Virus record (IMG/VR): IMGVR_UViG_3300025101_000050
Location: 1-43,295 of that record
Reading direction: 5' to 3' (one strand)
DNA from: a virus
Lineage: Duplodnaviria; Caudoviricetes
DNA length: 43,295 bases
A model generated the notes under the pieces. That model had not been told where the DNA came from. It ran no database searches and saw nothing but the letters and a program-made list of their open reading frames with translations. The position numbers and the translations under genes were made by a program. This document shows, piece after piece, positions 25,511 to 34,103 of the stretch. Position 1 is the first letter of the stretch, and each line of letters starts with the position of its first letter.

Positions 25511-25563
25511 AGCCGAAGGGGACACGGCTAAAGTTGTCCCCAACTTTTACGGAGAAAAAAATG
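25511..25563 (+). repeat. Pseudoknot-SD leader, copy D (diverged, covarying)
   Basis: AGCCG-AA-GGGGACA-CGGCU-AAAGU-UGUCCCC-19 nt-AUG; SD tail identical to copy C. Confidence 0.8.
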
Positions 25564-25860
25564 AAACTAAAAACTCTTAAACAAATGTTAACAAAAATAA
25601 TAGATGAAGTTCGAGATAACACAAATATAGAGAACTTATCTGACAAAGATATAGTTAAGTTAATTGAACATGCTTTATACGAAATATTAAATCCACCAAA
25701 AAAATCGGTTAAAGATAGAATAATACCAAAAGTATCTTCACAAATTGTGGATTCAAAAGACTTGCCATTTAAAAGTCCATTTAAGAATTCTCATTGTATA
25801 GCTATTACTGATGACAGAGATAAACCTGATAATATAATAAGGGTGGATTTCGATGAGTAA
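25561..25860 (+). CDS. Hypothetical protein (start revised from 25534)
   Basis: ACGGAG SD before ATG at 25561. Confidence 0.7.
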   Translation: MKLKTLKQMLTKIIDEVRDNTNIENLSDKDIVKLIEHALYEILNPPKKSVKDRIIPKVSSQIVDSKDLPFKSPFKNSHCIAITDDRDKPDNIIRVDFDE

Positions 25861-26104
25861 AATTAGATTAACAGAAACTTTCAAACAAAGACTTTGTTCA
25901 GATATATATATGCATATTAAAAATGGTCATAATACTTTTTACAAATTAAAAAAAGTATTGGCTGAGCAAAATCCAAAATTAGGTGCAAGAGAAATTCGTT
26001 CAGCACTTAGGTATGGATGTAGCAGATGGACTCTTTTTAATTTTAAAGGTAATCAGTACAAGTTTTTTCTTGAAGGAAAAACTTATTCATATAAGATTGT
26101 GTGA
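25853..26104 (+). CDS. Small basic hypothetical protein, possibly DNA-binding
   Basis: 83 aa, overlaps upstream stop. Confidence 0.6.
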   Translation: MSKIRLTETFKQRLCSDIYMHIKNGHNTFYKLKKVLAEQNPKLGAREIRSALRYGCSRWTLFNFKGNQYKFFLEGKTYSYKIV

Positions 26105-26105
26105 A

Positions 26106-27509
26106 ATGACAAAGTATAATTACAAAACACAACCTTATGAACATCAACGACAAGCTCTCATTCAGGGAGCTTGTCAAAATAACTATGCTTACTTCATGGA
26201 AATGGGTACAGGTAAAACAAAAGTAAGTATTGATAATGTTGCATACTTACATCAACAAAATAAAATTGACGCTGTTTTAGTTGTCGCACCAAACTCAGTT
26301 TATAGAAATTGGATCAATGAAATTGAAACACATTGTCCTGTAAAAACTAATATTGGTGTTCACAAATTAAGTAAAAGTTTTGAAGTAAAAGATAATTGTT
26401 TAAATTTTTTTTTAATAAATGTTGAAGCGTTTTCGCATGATAGTGGAAAAAAAGCAGTTAAAGATTTAATTGCTTATAACAAATCAAGAATGTGTGCCAT
26501 TGTTGATGAAGCAACGACAATTAAGAACCGACAAGCCAAACGCACAAAAAGAATAATAGAACTATGCCGACAGATAACTTACAAAAGAATTCTAACAGGC
26601 TCTCCAATTACTAAATCTCCCTTAGATTTATTTAGCCAATGTGAGTTTTTAAGCTCATCATTGTTAGGCTATGATAATTATTATGTCTTTCGTGCTCGAT
26701 ATTCTGTTATGAAACAAATACAAACAAACGGCAGACATATTCAAATACCTATATATTACCAAAATTTAGAGGAGCTTGAAAACAAATTAAAAAAATTTTC
26801 ATACAGAGTTAGAAAAAAAGATTGTTTGGATTTACCTGATAAAATTTATCAAAAAAGATACGTTGATCTTTCGACAGAACAAAAAAAATTTTACAACGAT
26901 TTAAAACAATATGCTCGAACAATTATAGAAGATAATAGCGTTAGCTATAACAATAAGCTCACTGAAATTATAAAATTGCAGCAAGTTTGTAATGGTCACA
27001 TTGTGACAAACTCAGGAGAAAAAAAAATAATAAAAGACTCTAAGTTAGATGAACTTATGAATATTCTTGAAGAGACTGATGGTAAAATAATTATTTGGGC
27101 AAGATTTGTTTATAACATTGAAAGCATAATAAAAAAAATAAAAGAGACCTATGGTTCTAATTCTGTTGTAGCCATTTACGGAAGTGTGTCAGTGGATCAA
27201 AGAACAGAGAACGTAAAAAAATTTCAAGAGGATGAAAAGGTAAGGTTTTTTGTAGGTAACCCTGTTACTGGTGGTTATGGTCTTAATTTAACAAAAGCAA
27301 ATACAGTTATTTACTATAATAATTCTTTTGATTTAGAAGTAAGAGTGCAATCCGAAGATAGAGCTCACCGACTTGGTCAAAAGAAAAGTGTGACCTATAT
27401 AGATATTATTGCAAGAGGAACAATTGATGAGTTTGTTATCAAAGCTTTAAACAATAAATTAAGAATCAGTGCCGATACTTTAGGTGAAGAGGTTATGGAG
27501 TTTCTTTAG
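26106..27509 (+). CDS. SF2 (SNF2-like) helicase (start revised from 25983)
   Basis: PYEHQ, MEMGTGKT, DEAT, LTGSP, GYGLNLT, QSEDRAHRLGQ. Confidence 0.92.
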   Translation: MTKYNYKTQPYEHQRQALIQGACQNNYAYFMEMGTGKTKVSIDNVAYLHQQNKIDAVLVVAPNSVYRNWINEIETHCPVKTNIGVHKLSKSFEVKDNCLNFFLINVEAFSHDSGKKAVKDLIAYNKSRMCAIVDEATTIKNRQAKRTKRIIELCRQITYKRILTGSPITKSPLDLFSQCEFLSSSLLGYDNYYVFRARYSVMKQIQTNGRHIQIPIYYQNLEELENKLKKFSYRVRKKDCLDLPDKIYQKRYVDLSTEQKKFYNDLKQYARTIIEDNSVSYNNKLTEIIKLQQVCNGHIVTNSGEKKIIKDSKLDELMNILEETDGKIIIWARFVYNIESIIKKIKETYGSNSVVAIYGSVSVDQRTENVKKFQEDEKVRFFVGNPVTGGYGLNLTKANTVIYYNNSFDLEVRVQSEDRAHRLGQKKSVTYIDIIARGTIDEFVIKALNNKLRISADTLGEEVMEFL

Positions 27510-28233
27510 TTCTTTCTCCGAGAGATTGTAGAGCATGAAAGTGCTCTACTCTCTCTAACCATTTTTTCTTTAATTCCTCTAAACGATCTCCTGACAAAAT
27601 AAATTTTTGAAACACTAAATCAACAGTACAAATTAATACAACGCCTTGTTCTATTTTTCCGTACATTGATTCGTGAGCCATGATATATGCACATAGTTGA
27701 TAAAAATAATCTTCGATCCATTCTTCTCTCTTTGGTCTATTTGATTGTTTAAAATCAAGAATAGATGGTTTACCATCATATACACCAATTAAATCAGCAC
27801 TTCCTGCCCATCTGTCTTTATAAGATAAAGTGACCTCTGTTCCCCATACCTGACTAAATCGGTCAAGATTAGAAACGATTGTATGAGCCATCATTCGTGG
27901 TAATGCTCCGTCCTTTGATAAGTTTAAGTAACCAACACCTTTTAGGTATTGTTCTAGGACATGGTGCATTTCTGTTCCTCGTGTTGAGGCTTGGTTCGTG
28001 ATCCGTGCAGCTTCTTCATAGCCTATTCTTTCACGCCACCTGTTTAAGGACTCTCGTTTTTCTTTGCTTTGAGTTTTAGATAATATAGATGTTACTGAAG
28101 GTACTTTCTTTTCGGCAACATTATAGACTCTACCTGAGTCAAGGTCACTTCGTGTGTAATCTTTATAATTATATTTATTAACTATAGAAAAATCAGTAAT
28201 TGAAAAAGATTTATCTTTTCTTATAAAACGCAT
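27493..28233 (-). CDS. PD-(D/E)xK exonuclease (start probably 28233)
   Basis: PSVTSIL, RGTEMH, AGSADL, ILDFKQS, YFYQLCAY. Confidence 0.85.
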   Translation of the reverse strand: MRFIRKDKSFSITDFSIVNKYNYKDYTRSDLDSGRVYNVAEKKVPSVTSILSKTQSKEKRESLNRWRERIGYEEAARITNQASTRGTEMHHVLEQYLKGVGYLNLSKDGALPRMMAHTIVSNLDRFSQVWGTEVTLSYKDRWAGSADLIGVYDGKPSILDFKQSNRPKREEWIEDYFYQLCAYIMAHESMYGKIEQGVVLICTVDLVFQKFILSGDRLEELKKKWLERVEHFHALQSLGERTKETP

Positions 28234-28341
28234 AATATTTTCTATAATCTTTAGGTACAAACACAGGAACTCCACTTGCTTCAGTGTAAATCAAGTGTCC
28301 TTTTTCATTTACTAAAAAGAATTTGTCATTTAAATATTCTG

Positions 28342-28896
28342 TCATCTTATCCAGGTTATTAAACTATATCGAGTTCCTTTAACAACTGGCATTATACCAT
28401 GAGGAAATAAAAAATTACTAGGAAAAATTATTACATCCCCTTTTTTTAATTCATATATTTTGTAAACTTTCGTTGTGTCTTGAGAGGTAAAGTAAAGTTC
28501 ACCTCCTACATAATCATCATTAAGATTTATGATTATAGATAAATTTCTTGGGGTAGTTAAGGAATAATCAACATGAGGTTTATAATAATGTCCTTCAGGA
28601 TATTTTAAAAGATCAACATCTAGTATTTCACAATCAGAAATCATTTTGAATGTTTTAAAATATTCTTTTAAAACTTCACTTGTTGTTGTGTAAATGATTG
28701 TTTTGTATAACTCGTCTTGATTACCCTTTTTTAAACCATAGGCTAGGACTTCTCTCGAGGATTCGTCTTCAGGTTGAATAGTTTTACCTTTTTGTCTACA
28801 AACTAAATCCGCATACTTTTTTATATTATCGCAAAAGTCATGACCAAATTTATTTTTATATATTTGAATAGCGTCAAGAATCTTTATCATCGGCAT
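28342..28896 (-). CDS. 2OG-Fe(II) oxygenase, prolyl-hydroxylase-like (start revised from 28986)
   Basis: PHVD...LNDDYVGGEL...FPS...HG..PV..GTRYS. Confidence 0.85.
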   Translation of the reverse strand: MPMIKILDAIQIYKNKFGHDFCDNIKKYADLVCRQKGKTIQPEDESSREVLAYGLKKGNQDELYKTIIYTTTSEVLKEYFKTFKMISDCEILDVDLLKYPEGHYYKPHVDYSLTTPRNLSIIINLNDDYVGGELYFTSQDTTKVYKIYELKKGDVIIFPSNFLFPHGIMPVVKGTRYSLITWIR

Positions 28897-29551
28897 ACAA
28901 ATTGTTAAAGGTTGTTTCCCAATCCATATAGCTATCATGTTCTTCAGCACTGTGTGTCCATTGACTCGGTATAAAATCAGGTGCACCTTTTCCTGTGACC
29001 CACATAGCTGGTGAGGTAACTCTTACTCTGTTATTAGGTAATGCAACGACACATCCTTCCCAAGGACCACTTGTTAATCTTATAACATGTGATTGTTTAT
29101 GTTGAGCTGCATCATCAGCAATTTCTGATCCTGTATAATCTACTGTAAAATAATATTTACCAGTATAAAATTCGCCATCTATTTTACATAGCCACGGACT
29201 AGAAGAAGTTCTGTCAAATTTAATTACTTCAAAGTTTCGTGCTGAACAATCCCATGGTTGTGCCAGATGAGTCTGTATAGGGGGAGGGAAGGTATCAAGA
29301 GGCTCATCTGCCACAAGAGCTGTTATGGGTAATCGTGCCCACATTGCTCCACCATGAGGATTTTCAAGTCTATTCTCTTCATCTTCACAGCCAGTGAATA
29401 TAACTTGAAAGCTTAAACATCTATCAGGAATGCTTGTAATTGCTGTTGCTAAACCATGGATATATTCTCCATGATATTTTCTGTGATTGTGTGTGAATTC
29501 TTTTCTGACCCAAACTTTAAAATAGGGTATGTTACTTATTAAATGTGCCAT
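28874..29551 (-). CDS. Conserved phage hypothetical protein (225 aa)
   Basis: Long ORF; upstream TTGTCA-N16-TATTAT ends 5 nt before ATG (possibly leaderless). Confidence 0.7.
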   Translation of the reverse strand: MAHLISNIPYFKVWVRKEFTHNHRKYHGEYIHGLATAITSIPDRCLSFQVIFTGCEDEENRLENPHGGAMWARLPITALVADEPLDTFPPPIQTHLAQPWDCSARNFEVIKFDRTSSSPWLCKIDGEFYTGKYYFTVDYTGSEIADDAAQHKQSHVIRLTSGPWEGCVVALPNNRVRVTSPAMWVTGKGAPDFIPSQWTHSAEEHDSYMDWETTFNNLYADDKDS

Positions 29552-29589
29552 ACCCTATAATAGTGTCTAACTAAAAAATGACAAGTAAA

Positions 29590-29805
29590 TTATACTTTTA
29601 CTGCCTTCATATTGTTTTGTTTTAATACTTTTTTAGCTTGTGCTAAAGTCATGGTTGGTTTGTTTGCCATATTACCTTTTTTGGCTTTCATCATTTTAGC
29701 TCCACCTTTGGCGTAACCTTTACTTTTCATCATTCGACCACCCATGGCTTTCATCATTTTAGCTCCACCTTTGGCGTAACCTTTAGTTTTCATTTTCTTT
29801 TTCAT
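29590..29805 (-). CDS. Small Lys/Met-rich basic protein with internal repeat
   Basis: KGYAKGGAKMMKA twice; exact 41-nt repeat 29682-29722 / 29745-29785; AGGAG SD. Confidence 0.75.
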   Translation of the reverse strand: MKKKMKTKGYAKGGAKMMKAMGGRMMKSKGYAKGGAKMMKAKKGNMANKPTMTLAQAKKVLKQNNMKAVKV

Positions 29806-29939
29806 AGTATCTCCTTATAAGAATTAAATAGTTAACTGTCCTCATTTTAATAGATTTTTACAAGGTAGTAAACCATTAGAACACTTAAAAGTTTTCGTGT
29901 AGGGCTCTTAAAATTGATTGTTTTTTGCCTGTTTTTAGC

Positions 29940-30371
29940 TTAATTTAACATCATTACTAAAAATACAATTAAACCAATAAGTGTTACTGCAAGTAAACCA
30001 TAGGCACAATTTACCATACGTTGTTCTCTTTCAGCTTTACGTTTTGCCTCTGCTGCAACTTTTTTTTTCCTAATATCAGTTCTGATTGCAACAAATTCAC
30101 TCCAAGCACCTGGTGCTCCATGCCAAGTAAATATTTCTCTCAACTGGTTTTCCATGTCGTGAACTTGTTTTAAATTAAAATATGTATGTAAGGCTTCTTC
30201 GTTTGAAGAAGTAAACCATTTGCTTTTTTCTTTTTTATGTTCTTCTTCAACATCACTCATTTGTTTCACAAATTTAATGATGTGACCAGATAGGCTGTTT
30301 AATTCTTTTCCTACCTCGATTCCAGATTTGATTGCCCCAAAGGCAGCCGTTGCAATACTTATTGGATCCAT
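29940..30371 (-). CDS. Hypothetical protein with C-terminal TM anchor
   Basis: 143 aa, coiled coil then hydrophobic tail. Confidence 0.65.
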   Translation of the reverse strand: MDPISIATAAFGAIKSGIEVGKELNSLSGHIIKFVKQMSDVEEEHKKEKSKWFTSSNEEALHTYFNLKQVHDMENQLREIFTWHGAPGAWSEFVAIRTDIRKKKVAAEAKRKAEREQRMVNCAYGLLAVTLIGLIVFLVMMLN

Positions 30372-30378
30372 AACAGTT

Positions 30379-33300
30379 TTATATTATCCTATAATGATCG
30401 TAATTACTACTCTCTACGAAACCACCAAAGGCTTTTTTATCTATGGGTGGGGTATCTTCAATTATTTCAACGACTTCTTCGTTGGGAGTTTTTACTCCTT
30501 GGGCGTCTCTGATTTTTTGTCGGAAGAAGTCCGTAAGTTCTTGCCTGTCAAAATCGAAATCCCTGACACTTTTAGAGGTCTCAGAGGCATCCCTTCGAGC
30601 ACTATATTCTTTTCTATAAGCTTTGCCATCTTTATTTTTTCTCCAATTGTTTCCTAATATATCTAAATCAGCCTCAAGTATATCATAACTAAATTTAAAG
30701 TCATAGTCTTTTGTTAATTTTTCAAAATCTAAATTTTTTATTTCTTCTTGTACTTTTTTTAAATTCATTTTTTTACTTTTACCATAATTTTTCATAGCAT
30801 CTTTAGTAATAATAATTCTGATACCTGTTTGATTCTCTAAAGTTTCTATTGGTTGAAAACCTTCAACTAAGCCGTCAGTTCTTTCAAAAAGATCTGTAAA
30901 CAATTTATTAATATATTTCGAATCTTTAAAATTAGTGCTATCTAGTTCAATTATGTCTATTGCAATGTTTTGTGGATTTTTAGTTAATCCTTTTGTTGAA
31001 TTTACCCACACTTCATCTTGATTTAACAACATTCCAAGTTTTGCAGCAGCCCTTTTAGCCTTATCTCTAGTTAATAAAGTTTGCTGTATTGTGCTAGGAT
31101 TTACAAAAGATTGCCAACCTCCTGTGCCAAAAACAGTGGAACTTAAATCAATATTTTCGCTTTTAGCAACCATTTTAATGGCTTCTTCAGTGACCTCATT
31201 GTTTATTTGTGTTTGTTTTTCGACAGGTAATTCAGAAAAATCTTTTCCGAACATAGAATCCCAAGGTGAACCTTTACCAGGAGCAGCCTCCATTGATATT
31301 CTTTGAATATTAATATTTAAAGCATCGGTGATATTTCCTGCTGTGTTTACACCTCCATAAAAGTTTGTTAAACCTGTCCAACCTATTGCTTGAATCTCCG
31401 TTGGCTCCCAATCACTTCTACCTTTCCAATTAACACTATTTAAATATTCTGTTAATTCATTACCAAAAACTGATCTGTTTTCATATTTAGCAGAGGGAAC
31501 ACCTGCATCAAAATCTGTTTTTATATTTTTAGGTATCTTGTAACCTTTCTTTTCAAGAAAGTTTAGAAGAGTTTTGTCTACTAGACCTGTATCTCTGCCT
31601 GTGTGTATGTCAACAACAAAAGGTTGACCTCCTACAACATCATCACCCATAAATGATCGAACATTTTTGTTGTCTAAAGCATCTCTAAAGTCAGATATTT
31701 TTTGTCCAACACCTTTAACTTCAGTATCTGTAAGCACAGAAAGTATTGCACGATTTGCACCCTCTAAACCACCATAAGGAATTTTTTCCATGTTTAAAAT
31801 TTCATCAGGTGTTTTTCCTTCTTTTAACAATTGTCTTATTGATAAAACATTTTTTAACGCTTCAGATGGTGATGCATTTTGTTGACCAGCAAACCAAGCT
31901 TGAGCTAAAGTTTTTGCTTCTTCATCATTTTTTACACCTGGTATTTTGTTAAAATATTCGTAAACTTCTTTATACCATTTAGAAGCTCTATTTATTTGTT
32001 CGTCACTTAAAAGTTTTTCTGTTCTTTCTTGCCAATCTTTCGGTTTAATTTTACCAACAACAAAGTTTGGAAGATTACTTCCTTCAGGTGCTTTTATTTC
32101 AATTCTTTTATTGAGGGGTTCTCCAGCAGGTGTCTTACCTTCCTTCATTTTAGTAATTCTTACTTTTTGTAACTGCACATTTTGTTTTATTTTTTCAGGA
32201 GCAAATTTAAATCCTCCTTCACTTCTTATCTCAGTTTTAGGTTTTAACATATTTTCAACTTTAGTTGCACCTTGTTTCGTGGGCAGTGCAGCTATGCCCT
32301 CTTGAGTTTTAACAGCTCCTTGCATTTGAATTGGTGCTTGCCCTTTCATAGGCTCTATCTTTTGAGGTTCAGAATATTTTTTTACATTATCTACTTCCCA
32401 AACATAAGTTTGTTTTCTATTTCCAAAATCAAACGGAGAACCTTCTTCAACTAAATGTTGATTTCGTAAGCTATCAAATTCTTCTTTTGTTTCTATCTTT
32501 CTAGATCCTTTAAAAGTCACCTCTCCTACTGCTTCGTTTTTTTCATTCTTCATTACCAGAGGCTTACCTATATATTTTTCAGGCAAGCGATTTCCTCTAG
32601 TTTCAAGAGTCTTTTTTCCTGAAGCAATTAATCTATCAAACGGACCTTTAATAAAAATTTTATTGAAAGGTTCCGTGGGCAATGAAGCTATGCCTTTTTC
32701 TTTTTCATATTCAGCTTTTTCTTTAGCTCGCATTTTTTTACCTGCAAAATTAAATTCATCATACAACTTTTGGTGTTGTACTAAGTCTGCCTCAGTTAAG
32801 GGGTTTTCATCAATTAATTTTTGAGGATTTAACGGACCATCAGCTCTATATCCTGTTGTTAAGTATTTTATATCAACGGCTATTGTTGGTCTGCCACTAT
32901 CAATTGCTTCTTGAATACGATGATTACCTTCTAAGACAAAAGGCTCACCTTTGTGATTTACAATAATATTTGGATTGCTATATGGTTTGTATCCTTCTTT
33001 AGCGATACTATCTTTTAAATTTTTTAATTTTTTAGAATCTTTACCTGTTGGAGTTTTAACCCTCTTTTCTTCTCCTTGAAATCCTTTTATTCCTTTTAAT
33101 TCTTCAGGTTTTACCACTATATTTCTTGTATACATAGTAACACCATCAAATTTTCCAACATTAAATTCATCAAGATCAACACCAGGTTTTTGATTACCTT
33201 CTTTATCTGTCACCGACTTATATTTCTTTCTTGCTTTTTGCATAATTTTATCAGCTTCTGTTTGTTCTAATTTATAATCAGAGTATCTTACATTTTTCAT

Positions 33301-33873
33301 CTCCTTTCCTTTAACAACATAATCACCCTTTCTATCATCTAAACCAACTGCAGCGGATAGTCCTCTTTGTTTTTGTTTATTTATTTTATCTCCAATCTCT
33401 GGTAAATTTACTTCTTTTTTAGGCATCACTTTTTTAATTAAAGATTTACCAACACTAGAAACTGTTTTAGCACCCACTGCTACAGGTAATGCAACTGGTG
33501 CAAATGGAGAAGCAGCTAAAGCGACATCACCTACCCCACCTAAACCTTGCAAGCCACCAAATATACCTTGAACTGCTGCTTGTTTGTAATTACCCTCTTG
33601 AAAAGATCGTTTTGCCTGTTGAAAATTAACCAACATACTCGGTTCATAGCCACCTTCAACATCAGGAAATACACCTACAACATCAGCAGCACCTGCTCCA
33701 GGCAAAACTCCTACTCCTAATTGAGTTGCAAATTTTCCAATACCACTAGCTGCATTGTCTTCTCTTCTTTTTTCTTTTTTTTTTCTGAGGTCTAAAAGAT
33801 ATTCTTTATTTTGTTGTCTAAGCTGTTCTTCTTTTGTAGAACCACCCATGAATGATGCAATACCCTGAGCCAT
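30379..33873 (-). CDS. Large internal virion / polyvalent protein (ParB-like, ASCH and glycosylase-like domains)
   Basis: VLEGNHR (ParB-like); IASGKKTLETR (ASCH); WY...SP...K..F...VDIH...QA..W block. Confidence 0.65.
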   Translation of the reverse strand: MAQGIASFMGGSTKEEQLRQQNKEYLLDLRKKKEKRREDNAASGIGKFATQLGVGVLPGAGAADVVGVFPDVEGGYEPSMLVNFQQAKRSFQEGNYKQAAVQGIFGGLQGLGGVGDVALAASPFAPVALPVAVGAKTVSSVGKSLIKKVMPKKEVNLPEIGDKINKQKQRGLSAAVGLDDRKGDYVVKGKEMKNVRYSDYKLEQTEADKIMQKARKKYKSVTDKEGNQKPGVDLDEFNVGKFDGVTMYTRNIVVKPEELKGIKGFQGEEKRVKTPTGKDSKKLKNLKDSIAKEGYKPYSNPNIIVNHKGEPFVLEGNHRIQEAIDSGRPTIAVDIKYLTTGYRADGPLNPQKLIDENPLTEADLVQHQKLYDEFNFAGKKMRAKEKAEYEKEKGIASLPTEPFNKIFIKGPFDRLIASGKKTLETRGNRLPEKYIGKPLVMKNEKNEAVGEVTFKGSRKIETKEEFDSLRNQHLVEEGSPFDFGNRKQTYVWEVDNVKKYSEPQKIEPMKGQAPIQMQGAVKTQEGIAALPTKQGATKVENMLKPKTEIRSEGGFKFAPEKIKQNVQLQKVRITKMKEGKTPAGEPLNKRIEIKAPEGSNLPNFVVGKIKPKDWQERTEKLLSDEQINRASKWYKEVYEYFNKIPGVKNDEEAKTLAQAWFAGQQNASPSEALKNVLSIRQLLKEGKTPDEILNMEKIPYGGLEGANRAILSVLTDTEVKGVGQKISDFRDALDNKNVRSFMGDDVVGGQPFVVDIHTGRDTGLVDKTLLNFLEKKGYKIPKNIKTDFDAGVPSAKYENRSVFGNELTEYLNSVNWKGRSDWEPTEIQAIGWTGLTNFYGGVNTAGNITDALNINIQRISMEAAPGKGSPWDSMFGKDFSELPVEKQTQINNEVTEEAIKMVAKSENIDLSSTVFGTGGWQSFVNPSTIQQTLLTRDKAKRAAAKLGMLLNQDEVWVNSTKGLTKNPQNIAIDIIELDSTNFKDSKYINKLFTDLFERTDGLVEGFQPIETLENQTGIRIIITKDAMKNYGKSKKMNLKKVQEEIKNLDFEKLTKDYDFKFSYDILEADLDILGNNWRKNKDGKAYRKEYSARRDASETSKSVRDFDFDRQELTDFFRQKIRDAQGVKTPNEEVVEIIEDTPPIDKKAFGGFVESSNYDHYRII

Positions 33874-33875
33874 AA

Positions 33876-34103
33876 TTAACCACCATATAAAATACTAGCA
33901 ACTAAAGTTGCTATAACTGTTAGCAAACCTCCTAGTAACCAAAACATTAATTTATCTATTTTACCATCAATTTTATCAATATCCTGATGTATGTGATGAA
34001 GATGATTGTCTTTAATATTAGTGACTTCTTTCTTAACTCCTTCTACATGTCCGTACAAAGAAATAATATGTTCTTTCGTTGTTTTAGGATTAACTTTAGA
34101 CAT
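33876..34103 (-). CDS. Small coiled-coil + TM protein
   Basis: NHLHHIHQDI...FWLLGGLLTVIATLV. Confidence 0.65.
   Translation of the reverse strand: MSKVNPKTTKEHIISLYGHVEGVKKEVTNIKDNHLHHIHQDIDKIDGKIDKLMFWLLGGLLTVIATLVASILYGG

Noticed and set aside
11325-25563. The repeated leaders as a CRISPR array or integron attC sites
   Set aside because: Repeats are separated by whole genes, there is no cas operon or integrase, and they lack attC core sites; covariation points to RNA structure
27493-28233. Cas4 / CRISPR adaptation gene
   Set aside because: Lacks the four-Cys Fe-S cluster pattern; ordinary phage PD-(D/E)xK exonuclease
33774-33784. Long A/T homopolymers as phase-variation or frameshift sites
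   Set aside because: Frequent throughout this AT-rich genome, encode Lys runs, and frames are intact
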